Origin: Ignavibacteriota bacterium
GTDB taxonomy: Bacteria > Bacteroidota > Ignavibacteria > UBA10030 > CAVZMI01
DNA: 64,000 nt
Direction of reading: 5' to 3'
Assembly (NCBI GenBank): GCA_963776275.1
Contig: CAVZMI010000021.1
Location: 267,183 to 331,182 of the forward strand
Shown here: piece after piece, positions 9,905 to 18,758 of the stretch
Layout: every line of letters begins with the position of its first letter
How positions within the stretch are numbered: the first letter of the stretch is position 1
Translations under genes and position numbers: made by a program
Notes under the pieces: generated by a model
Told to the model about the DNA's origin: nothing
Databases searched by the model: none
Seen by the model: only the letters and a program-made list of their open reading frames with translations

Positions 9905-12055
9905 TCATTTCACGAGCAATAATTTATTCACCTTACTGAATTTTTGGTTTCCCATCTGATCATACGCTCTGAATTTCGCGAAGTATATCCCGCCTGCCAT
10001 CGAGGAAGCGTTCCATCGTACCGTGTAATATCCGGCTTCAACATTCCCATCCACGAGTACCGAAATTTCTCGCCCGACAACATCATAAATGATCAGCGAT
10101 ACCCGAGAAGTAATCGGAAGAGCAAACCTGATCTCTGTCGAGGGATTAAAGGGGTTGGGATAGTTCTGTTGAAGAGCAAATTCCTTCGGGATTTGTGTCT
10201 TATCACGATCAATCCCGACCACAGGGCTTCCCTTCCCACTAACAGTAAGCGTATCCGGTGAACTCGATGCGTTATGCGAGAAAACGATGGAGCCGGATTG
10301 GGTAGACGTATCCTGAGGTGAAAACGTTACGATGAGATAGGCACTTCCCGACGGACTCAGTGTCATCGTTGCAGGTGTAAAAGTAAAACGGGCATTTGTG
10401 GATGAGATTGCCGTAACCTGCAGGGGCTGGTTTCCAAGATTGGAGACAAGAACACTGTCTTTCTTTGTAGAACCGACTGATACCGTCAAGAAATTGATTG
10501 CTTTACTTGAGAGAGAAAACACCGGTGCTGGTAGAACCTGCTGGGTGAATTGCCACCGCGGATCTCCCACTACCTTGCCGTCACTGCTGGTGATAATATC
10601 ATAGCTGGCATATGAGCAATTGAGATTATCCATATACCATTCTGCTGTTCGCCGGTTATAATCGTATACCCAAACATTGTTTGCCACATCATGTATAAAA
10701 TTCGTAGCGGGGACATTACTGGTGCCGTCTTTCTTTTTCCCGGCACCGGCTCCTACATTATTGATCGTGTTGCCGCCCGTCCCGGGTCCAAACGGAGTAA
10801 AGTACCACCGGATCATTTTTGTCATCAACGGCGGAACTTGCGTAACTGAAACAGTCACCTTTTTAAAAGGATCATCTATACCACCACCTGACGCTAACAA
10901 CTGTCTCCATATGTCAGACGTTATAATAGGCTCTTGATAATAGAGCCATTCTGTTGGTAAATGAAGATACGGCGAATTTAGATTACGTATTGACTGGCCA
11001 GAATCTGAAATCATATAGTAGTTATTCGAAATATCCCAAGGAGTAATATGAGTTGTCTTATTAGAACGTGCAACTATCCAGCTGATTTGATATCCGCCAT
11101 GTGGATCCATATCTGGGCTGTCGGTAAACTCACTCGCACGAATTGCATCGGTGTCGGGACCCATTGCAAAATTATCAATGAACAAGTTATTCTTGATCTC
11201 GAACGGACCATTACCGAGCGAATCGATGAGACCCAACGATATCATTCCACAATAACTCAATCCATTGACACACGTATTATGATTGAATTTAAAACTATGT
11301 ATTGGTAAGGTGGAGAGATAATGCCTGATGACACGATCTTGCCAGTTAACAAACGTATTATTTTCCACGATTATTGTATCGACCTCGGAATTCCGAAAAT
11401 CGAAGCCTCGACCGGCACCCAGATTGGAATTACCGATAAATCCCATATCCGCTATTACCGAATTCGTAACTTTAACAGTCCCGGCATGAACAGGCCCACT
11501 TGCTCCTATTTGCATAATTTGACCACTGACAGTTTTTAATAAACAACTGTCAACATAAATACTGCCATTGCCGGTATTTAGAATTTCAATCATATTTCCC
11601 TGATTTTTATCGAGAGTTCCGGCTTGGCTCTCGTCGATTCCACATATCGAAAGATGCTTAAATTTGATCGTGCCATTAGGTTGAATCAATCTTGCGAATC
11701 GTCCCGGAGGTGTGCCGGACACAGGATAACCATATATCTGCGGCATGAAATCTCCCGTACCAAGTGCGGGGATGGCATAATTTCCATCTTCCGCTCGAAT
11801 CTCCAATTTTCTGCCCGCACGAATATCAATTGAACCATCGTATGGATAATATCCATTCTTCGCCAATACATAGACGCGGGTATTGTTTTGCCAACCTGTT
11901 AGTCCATTTCCTGCAGTATCAGCGATAATAAGCCGATTAATGAACAGGCCTGTTCCATATAGATCAGGAATAAAACATGTATCTACCTGAGCATATGTCG
12001 TAAGTGGAATGAGCAAAAACAGAACCACCCAAAAACAAGATACAAAGTTTTTCAT
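9905..12055 (-). CDS. T9SS-secreted protein: beta-helix-like region, Ig-like (choice-of-anchor D) domain, T9SS sorting domain
   Basis: Signal peptide ending AQ; ENNTFVN/NHNT/KNNLF beta-helix-like rungs; VSNLGNQPLQV...FSP Ig domain; FALQQNYPNPFNP CTD. Confidence 0.75.
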   Translation of the reverse strand: MKNFVSCFWVVLFLLIPLTTYAQVDTCFIPDLYGTGLFINRLIIADTAGNGLTGWQNNTRVYVLAKNGYYPYDGSIDIRAGRKLEIRAEDGNYAIPALGTGDFMPQIYGYPVSGTPPGRFARLIQPNGTIKFKHLSICGIDESQAGTLDKNQGNMIEILNTGNGSIYVDSCLLKTVSGQIMQIGASGPVHAGTVKVTNSVIADMGFIGNSNLGAGRGFDFRNSEVDTIIVENNTFVNWQDRVIRHYLSTLPIHSFKFNHNTCVNGLSYCGMISLGLIDSLGNGPFEIKNNLFIDNFAMGPDTDAIRASEFTDSPDMDPHGGYQISWIVARSNKTTHITPWDISNNYYMISDSGQSIRNLNSPYLHLPTEWLYYQEPIITSDIWRQLLASGGGIDDPFKKVTVSVTQVPPLMTKMIRWYFTPFGPGTGGNTINNVGAGAGKKKDGTSNVPATNFIHDVANNVWVYDYNRRTAEWYMDNLNCSYASYDIITSSDGKVVGDPRWQFTQQVLPAPVFSLSSKAINFLTVSVGSTKKDSVLVSNLGNQPLQVTAISSTNARFTFTPATMTLSPSGSAYLIVTFSPQDTSTQSGSIVFSHNASSSPDTLTVSGKGSPVVGIDRDKTQIPKEFALQQNYPNPFNPSTEIRFALPITSRVSLIIYDVVGREISVLVDGNVEAGYYTVRWNASSMAGGIYFAKFRAYDQMGNQKFSKVNKLLLVK

Positions 12056-12107
12056 AACGCACTCCTTTCAATAAATGTTTTATTATTGGTTAATTAAACT
12101 ATTTTAT

Positions 12108-15100
12108 TTACAGTAATACTCGTACCGCCAGATCAACCGAGGTACCGTATAATTCCGCAGTTCGGGGGAGGTATCCCCAGTCAAAAACATTGTTTAGCCG
12201 CGATCTCGTCTCCTCCTTGTTGAATATATTATTGACGTTGAGAAATAGCGCAATATTTGATGTGACCTGCTGTTTCAGCGCAAGATCCCACTTGGTGAAT
12301 TCATCAACGATACCATCGGATGTTCCGAAGGCCGAGTATTGACTTGTATACCTTCCCTGATAATAAACCGATAACCTTGCCGAGAAGTCTCCAATATCAT
12401 ACCCCAGAGCCACATTACCATAAATCTCCGGTTGATTTTCTGAATTCCTTGTCACTAATACAGGCTCACTATTTTGTAAATAATTATATTTCTCCGGTTT
12501 ATAACGAGGTGTCCCCGGTGTTCCTGACGGGGGAGTATAAGTGGTATCTTCAACAGTTCTACCAATTATAATATTTGTCTGAGAGCGTGTTATTGAAAAG
12601 TTATAAGACAACACGACGTTTCTAAGCCAAGAGACGGGGAGAAAACCGAAATTCATCTGGTGTTCAACCTCGATTCCCCATGCGTATGAAGGATCTGGTG
12701 AATTATACGCTAAATTTACACTGTACACGGGGCTAGTATGCAGAAGGCTTGCAAAGGTTGGATTCTGTTCCCATGATGACATATTTAAATCATCGAGTAG
12801 TCGATCTAACCGGCCGTACAATCCTGCCTTTTCACTTGTAGTCCATCCCTTATATCCTACCGCGGTATTGGGACCCCCGGAGGGCCAGCTTATCAGGACA
12901 TTATTTGTTTGGTGAAAAAGATCATCGATGATTTTGTAAAATCCCGAAACTGAAAATAGCCCTATTGTATTGCTATAGATCTGTGTGTTTACTTCAAAGT
13001 TCCATGCTTTGGCATCCTTTAACTGTGGATTTCCAGCTGAAAAGACAGCGTTACCCGAGCCGGGAGCAAACTGCGGCAGACGCATATCAAAAGCCGGACG
13101 CGCCAAAGCTCTGTACGCGGCAAAACGAACGGTCAGATAATCTGTCGGCCTCACTGAAAGCTGTGCGCTAGGCAGCCAGATTGTCTCCGCATAGTGAGCT
13201 GTCGTATCGATGACCTGTCCATTAAGAGTCACAACCGCACCAGTACCTCCAACTGCTCCGTCCGAATATTTCGCCTTATAGTCATTCGATTCTTTTTCAA
13301 CCCTTAATCCGAAAATGAACGTTGTCATCTGTCCGATATCGAGTGTATTCATTATATAGGCACTCGAGATATTTTCGGTGATGTAATAATCACTAAGAAC
13401 GGAATTACCGTTGGGGCCCCAATCTTGGGCAACGGCTGCTTTTCCGTTTTTATTAAGATCCCACCATTCTTTCATTGCATCGACGTTAATAAGTGGTGAT
13501 ATATGATAGAGTCCCATGACATTACGTGAGACCACGGGCTGATCGAGGTACCATATTAGTGGAACGGCACTGTGCGCGATACCTTCAAAGCGTGTTCCTG
13601 TAAGATCGATTGGTGATCCATCGACATTTACCAGAGGATATTGTTTATAGTTATTCCATACCATATCTCCGGTGTTATACCATCTCGTTTTCGCCTTGTA
13701 CTTTCCACCGATTTTGAACTCATTTGACACAAAATTCCCGAGATTAAATATTTTGGAGACATTCAACTGGAGGGTTTGCTCCTTATCAAAGTTTTCCCTT
13801 CGCATATAATTTGTACTATCGAGTTCCACTGCCGAAAAATTATTATTGGCAAAAGGTATGATATTGATCTCAGGATGATCCTTGCATCTCTGGAAAGATC
13901 CCGCTGAGTCTGCGATAAAAGCCATACGATAATCAAAGGGATTCTTAATTCTTGATTGTGCATATGCCGCGTTCCAATCAACCGTTAATCCCAGAACATG
14001 ATTCGTACCCTGCAACGAACCGTTCAATGTACTTATTCGCTGCTCTGTATACTGATAAAGATATTCAGCCGTTCCTGATCCTGCCGGATATTCTCGTTCA
14101 TTAAGAGTGATATTTCTCCCTGTTTCACTGTACAAACCGGTTAACTTTACAGATCCACTGTCCGGTGTATTCAAATCAAAAATTACCTGGCCGCCATTTC
14201 GGTTACGAAGTTCATCGGTAAAACGGACATCAAAACTACTAAGGCTATAATCGTTACCGAAAATAGTAGAGTTGCCTTCGCGCATTGGGAATCGAATATT
14301 ATACAAAGAATCTGTATTATTTGAGGGAGTATAACCATAGGCGTCATTTTCTCTGCTCCGGATTTTGCTTTCTGCATTTCCCTGAAGTTGAATACCGAGC
14401 AGATCATTGAAAAAACGTTCTCCATATCGGAACGAAAGATCATATTGCTTGGATGATTTCATCAGAACATTGTAATCACCCTTGATATCAAAGCGAAGCA
14501 GCCGCTCAGAAGGTGCTTTTCTTGTCACCAAGTTCACCGAACCGGCAATTGCATCCGCATCCTGATCGGCTGTAAGTGTCTTGTGGAGTTCCACACCCGC
14601 CAGAGCACCCTGCGAGAGCATACTCAGGTCGACGTCCCGTGTACTTGGATCGGTGGGCGGAACTTTAACTCCGTCAACCGTAATATTGCTGAACTGCGAG
14701 CTCAATCCTCGCAGTACAATATTTGTCGCCTCACCACCACTCCGGATAATCGAGACCCCCGGCAGACGCCCGATTGCCTCTGCGGCATTTGCATCCGGCA
14801 ATTCCTGAATTTTTTCCTCTGAGACGACATTCATAATTGTCTTTGACGTAATCTGCTGGTTCATTGCTGCCAATTGACCGCGAAGTTGAGCGGTTACTAT
14901 GACTTCTACTCCCATTATGATTGCGGGTTGTAACTGAACGTTCAACACGACGGTTTTTTTCTCTGAAAAATTTATTTCAATCTCCTTCGGTTCATATCCC
15001 ACACAGGATACTTTAACTTTAAAAGATTTTTGTGGGATTCCATTGATTACATATACGCCTTCAATATCCGTTGCACAACCCAGTGATGAACCCAGTAAAA

Positions 15101-15236
15101 CAACATTGGCTCCCACAATTATTCCACGAGTTGTTGAATCCGTTACAGAACCACGTAACGTACTCTGACTGAAAGCAACTACCGGGATGAAGAGCAGAAC
15201 AAATGCAAGTCTTCTTACACGGGAAAAAGTTTTCAT
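12108..15236 (-). CDS. TonB-dependent receptor with N-terminal carboxypeptidase-regulatory-like domain
   Basis: Signal peptide; GSVTDS...GANVVL; plug motif IQELPDANAAEAIGRLPGVS; DADAIAGSVNL; GNPQL; barrel-type C-terminus. Confidence 0.92.
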   Translation of the reverse strand: MKTFSRVRRLAFVLLFIPVVAFSQSTLRGSVTDSTTRGIIVGANVVLLGSSLGCATDIEGVYVINGIPQKSFKVKVSCVGYEPKEIEINFSEKKTVVLNVQLQPAIIMGVEVIVTAQLRGQLAAMNQQITSKTIMNVVSEEKIQELPDANAAEAIGRLPGVSIIRSGGEATNIVLRGLSSQFSNITVDGVKVPPTDPSTRDVDLSMLSQGALAGVELHKTLTADQDADAIAGSVNLVTRKAPSERLLRFDIKGDYNVLMKSSKQYDLSFRYGERFFNDLLGIQLQGNAESKIRSRENDAYGYTPSNNTDSLYNIRFPMREGNSTIFGNDYSLSSFDVRFTDELRNRNGGQVIFDLNTPDSGSVKLTGLYSETGRNITLNEREYPAGSGTAEYLYQYTEQRISTLNGSLQGTNHVLGLTVDWNAAYAQSRIKNPFDYRMAFIADSAGSFQRCKDHPEINIIPFANNNFSAVELDSTNYMRRENFDKEQTLQLNVSKIFNLGNFVSNEFKIGGKYKAKTRWYNTGDMVWNNYKQYPLVNVDGSPIDLTGTRFEGIAHSAVPLIWYLDQPVVSRNVMGLYHISPLINVDAMKEWWDLNKNGKAAVAQDWGPNGNSVLSDYYITENISSAYIMNTLDIGQMTTFIFGLRVEKESNDYKAKYSDGAVGGTGAVVTLNGQVIDTTAHYAETIWLPSAQLSVRPTDYLTVRFAAYRALARPAFDMRLPQFAPGSGNAVFSAGNPQLKDAKAWNFEVNTQIYSNTIGLFSVSGFYKIIDDLFHQTNNVLISWPSGGPNTAVGYKGWTTSEKAGLYGRLDRLLDDLNMSSWEQNPTFASLLHTSPVYSVNLAYNSPDPSYAWGIEVEHQMNFGFLPVSWLRNVVLSYNFSITRSQTNIIIGRTVEDTTYTPPSGTPGTPRYKPEKYNYLQNSEPVLVTRNSENQPEIYGNVALGYDIGDFSARLSVYYQGRYTSQYSAFGTSDGIVDEFTKWDLALKQQVTSNIALFLNVNNIFNKEETRSRLNNVFDWGYLPRTAELYGTSVDLAVRVLL

Positions 15237-15370
15237 AATAGTAGTACTCCTTGCACTAGATTTAATTATATATTTACAACTCTTGGATAGATCAAGGATA
15301 TAATACGACCTCTTACTGCTCCTTTTTCTATGAGTAAAGATTAATATAATTTAGAGAAAGGAAAAATTAT

Positions 15371-16142
15371 TTATTTCAATGAGTGCTTTAGACTTTTATT
15401 AGCCGATCCGGTGCTTCGTTGTTTTTCCAGCATCTGTTCCGTATGCTGCTCGGCAATTTCAAGATGCCGTATCATTGCAGCGCGAGCACTCTCTGCATCT
15501 CGATGCAAGATGGCTGTGAGAATTTTTTCATGCCATTCAACCGCCGAACGCTTTGCATCTGCAACAGTCTGATACACCGATGATTTGATTTGCGGAACAA
15601 GTCTATGTATCGGTTCCAGTATTAAAGGGATCAAAGAATTTTCCGCTGCTTTTGCAATATCCAGATGAAATTGCATATCAAGCCTTGAGAGTTCCACGTA
15701 ATCACCGAGACTCTGGGCCAGATCATAATGATCTTTCTTTAATTTTTCAGCATCCTCTTCCGTGTGATGAAGTGCCGCTGATGCCGCTATCGGAGGTTCA
15801 ATAATTTGCCGGGCATGGACGACATCGAAAACATAATTTCGGTCAAGCTGCATTTCAAGATAAAGATGAATCGGATCTGTAACCGTCTCGGCAGATAAAT
15901 TCTGGACAAAAATTCCTTTCCCTTTCATTATAACGACAAGACCACGAGCACTTAACATACGGAGCGCTTCACCGAACCGCAGTGCGGCTTACATCAAATT
16001 GCTGGCACAACTCTAATTCTGATGGAAGTCTTACTCCCGGCAAGAGTATCTTTGCACGGATGGCTTCCTCGATTTTAGATTCGACAACCTTACTTAAAAG
16101 GTATCTTTTGCCGACAGGCGTGAATATGTTGTCACTTGTCAT
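15371..16142 (-). CDS. GntR/FadR-family transcriptional regulator; frameshift near 15972
   Basis: Manual translation from ATG 16142: MTSDNIFTPVG...RLPSELELCQQFDVSRTAVR|EALRMLSARGLV (wHTH), followed by FCD domain (DMQFHLDIAKAAENSL). Confidence 0.88.
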
Positions 16143-16165
16143 ATGTATGATATGTTATATCTTAT

Positions 16166-16194
16166 AATATATTAAACACTACCTATTCTGTCAA
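16166..16194 (-). promoter_or_regulatory. sigma70-type promoter for the FadR-family gene
   Basis: TTGACA-17 bp-TATATT on the minus strand, ending about 24 bp before the ATG. Confidence 0.6.
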
Positions 16195-16518
16195 TAGAAA
16201 TCTTAACTTTTTAAAAAAAAGTTAAAAAACCTCACAGATTATGCCAAAATCCAGATTTTAAGCTCTATCTTATACAAATCCTTTGTTTTCGGGGTTTCCT
16301 TATATATAGTGTGTCGGTAGGTAATTATCCCGGTTACCATACTTCTACAGAATAAAAGAGGCTCTTATATGTACACCTGGGTATGGTCACCTCATTTCCC
16401 CGGTGAAAGAAATCCCTTCGGGAAGTTAATGCTCGAATATAACCGACACGCTTCATGAATGCTGAAGCATGTCCGTAATGATTGGATTCAATATCCTAGA
16501 TAGCTTCTTACCACTATT

Positions 16519-17073
16519 TCAAACTATTTTGATTACATGAATACATCTCTCTCCACCGCGTAAGATCGACTCTTCAATTTCTACATCGACAGATTTTCCC
16601 AGTATGGTTTCGAATACTTCTTTATTGTATCCTCTTGAACAATTGCAGAAATCTTTCGGAGTTATCGACCCGTCGACAAACGGACAGAAGCACGATTCCG
16701 CTTTTTTGCCGACTATCCTGATCATTTTTTTCTCTTTATCATATTCAGTACTTTCAGCCCATAGTCTTTTCATTTCTTCCAGATAACCTTCAGGGTTATC
16801 CTTAAATTTCTTCAACATATCCGCATTCTCTTTTGCACACGCGCGGCCTAAGTCTTCGATAATCTTTTTCTTCTTTTCCTGATCTACCGTCGAGTCAAGA
16901 TTCTCTATGAGCTTGGCAAATCGTCTGCGGATAAAATCAAACCTCCAGTCCGATTCCTTTTTCTGGGTCCCATCAGAACCGGCAAACAGATTTCCACTGG
17001 CTAAAATTGATAATCCTGCACATGAGCACATTCCTAACGCACAGGCAGAGGTAAGAAATTCTTTTCTTTTCAT
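16519..17073 (-). CDS. Cys-containing DUF6144/V4R-like protein with Tat-like N-terminus
   Basis: MKRKEFL + hydrophobic stretch; GRACA, CFCPFV, FCNCSRG, ESILRGGERC. Confidence 0.6.
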   Translation of the reverse strand: MKRKEFLTSACALGMCSCAGLSILASGNLFAGSDGTQKKESDWRFDFIRRRFAKLIENLDSTVDQEKKKKIIEDLGRACAKENADMLKKFKDNPEGYLEEMKRLWAESTEYDKEKKMIRIVGKKAESCFCPFVDGSITPKDFCNCSRGYNKEVFETILGKSVDVEIEESILRGGERCIHVIKIV

Positions 17074-17086
17074 ATGACGGGCTCCT

Positions 17087-17226
17087 TGTCTGTAATAATT
17101 ATTATAAACATCTGCGGCCGGGACGTCGAGATAATCCCAACCGGTGAAAAAATCTTTGTATGCGTACGCTTCATCAAGTATTAATTGACGCGGTGTATTT
17201 GTATACCGGTCCCGGAATAAATTATT
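17087..17226 (-). pseudogene. Degraded fragment of a GH26 beta-mannanase
   Basis: Manual translation NNLFRDRYTNTPRQLILDEAYAYKDFFTGWDYLDVPAADVYNNYYRQ resembles the GH26 segment NNLIWVWN.NAPR...DEAY.Y..F(Y)PG.DYVDVLAADVY; no start codon, stop upstream. Confidence 0.55.
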
Positions 17227-17242
17227 TTACCGGGTCGAAGTG

Positions 17243-18643
17243 CTATTGTACATAATTCATCGATTTGCTTTTAAGCCTTTTGATGCAATTAATAAGTGCT
17301 CGAGAAGTATGGTAGTTTCCCTTCCATATAGATCCCTTGGAGGAATATCTATTTTCGGGTACGATGTCCACACCACCCCAGTACCAACCTCCATATTCGT
17401 CATCAATAAGATACTTTTTACAATACTCCCACTGGATGCAGAATTTTTTGTAATATTCTTGTTTGTCATGTGGGAATAGATCCGACATCATCAGTAAAGA
17501 GTTCAGAGCTTCTACCTGTGCCCACCATTCTTTTGTGTTTCTTACGATCGACGCCTTATAATCATTGCCGGAATAAAATCCTCCGTCATAGATCCCTCCG
17601 CGATTCTGATCCCAACCATTAGCCAGCACATGATCAACCATCTTCTTTGCAATGCTTAGCGTCGTAGTATCGTTCTTCAGCCCCAGTGTTTCCGAAGCTT
17701 CCAGAATCAAATAGGCTGTTTCCACATCATGGCCGAATGAAACATAATCAAATGGATGATTTTTCTCTCTTACGACAAAACTTGAATCCCGATAGGAAAA
17801 AGGAATCCAATCGGAACTGAAATACAGCAGCATGTATCCTTTATCGGTCGTAAAGGTATCACATATTATTTGCAGCATTGAATTAAGACGTTCTTTCAAT
17901 TCCTGAACCGGCCATACCTTATAGAGTTCGGTAAAGCATTCAAGAAGATGAATCATAGAATTGTAGTCTTTAGGAGGAACACCTTCATATCCTTCTGTAA
18001 ACGGAATTCCTTCTCGCGACAAAAACTGAAAATAACCTCCATGCTTTGCATCATAGCTGTGCTCTTCAAGCCAATGAAAAGCCTCTTGGGCTAATCGCAA
18101 TGCAGAAGTATCGCCGGAGATCTTAGAATATGCGGCTAATCCATAGATCGCAAAAGCGTTCCCGTATGCTCTTTTTATAATTTGTCCGTTCTCAGTAAGT
18201 GGTTCTCCATATCTATTGACGAGATCGTAAAAGCCCCCATATTCTTGATCCCACATTTTGTGCTTAAGAAATTCGACACCATATCCGGCTATGCCACGAA
18301 GGACGTTGTCCTTTTGATAGAACATTGCCGCATTCGCCGTTGACCACACATGGCGGGCCTGAGTCACAATCATCTTTTTCTGTTGGCCATCCAATTCCCA
18401 TTTATAATTTATGTCGCTAAAAAAACCGCCGTATGAAGTATCGAGAGATAAAGGATACCACAAAGCTAACTCGGATTTGAGTACTTGCTCCATCTCAATG
18501 GCAATTGTATCACCGTCCATCTTTAAAACAGGAAGCTGTTTCTCGGTCTTTACAACATCCTCCGTCGAGCACGAACAGAAAAAGAAAAATATAAAAAACG
18601 TCGTGATAAACGTAAGTGTCCTTTTTCTTTCAGAGGCATTCAT
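17243..18643 (-). CDS. AGE-family epimerase (cellobiose/mannobiose 2-epimerase-like), predicted lipoprotein
   Basis: KMIVTQARHVWS, YGNAFAIYGLA, KDYNSMIHLLE, SFGHDVE, WWAQVE, WKGNYHTSRA; lipobox-like FFCSC. Confidence 0.85.
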   Translation of the reverse strand: MNASERKRTLTFITTFFIFFFFCSCSTEDVVKTEKQLPVLKMDGDTIAIEMEQVLKSELALWYPLSLDTSYGGFFSDINYKWELDGQQKKMIVTQARHVWSTANAAMFYQKDNVLRGIAGYGVEFLKHKMWDQEYGGFYDLVNRYGEPLTENGQIIKRAYGNAFAIYGLAAYSKISGDTSALRLAQEAFHWLEEHSYDAKHGGYFQFLSREGIPFTEGYEGVPPKDYNSMIHLLECFTELYKVWPVQELKERLNSMLQIICDTFTTDKGYMLLYFSSDWIPFSYRDSSFVVREKNHPFDYVSFGHDVETAYLILEASETLGLKNDTTTLSIAKKMVDHVLANGWDQNRGGIYDGGFYSGNDYKASIVRNTKEWWAQVEALNSLLMMSDLFPHDKQEYYKKFCIQWEYCKKYLIDDEYGGWYWGGVDIVPENRYSSKGSIWKGNYHTSRALINCIKRLKSKSMNYVQ

Positions 18644-18690
18644 AGCTATAATATAGTAAAGACCTGGTCTATGATGACATGATACAGGCT

Positions 18691-18721
18691 GGCCGGCAAT
18701 AGTCTATATCACTTGCCGGCC
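18691..18721. terminator. Hairpin downstream of the GH5_10 gene
   Basis: GGCCGGCAA...TTGCCGGCC inverted repeat. Confidence 0.4.
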
Positions 18722-18758
18722 GTGCCGTGTCGATCAATTTTATCTTTATGGTCTGATA

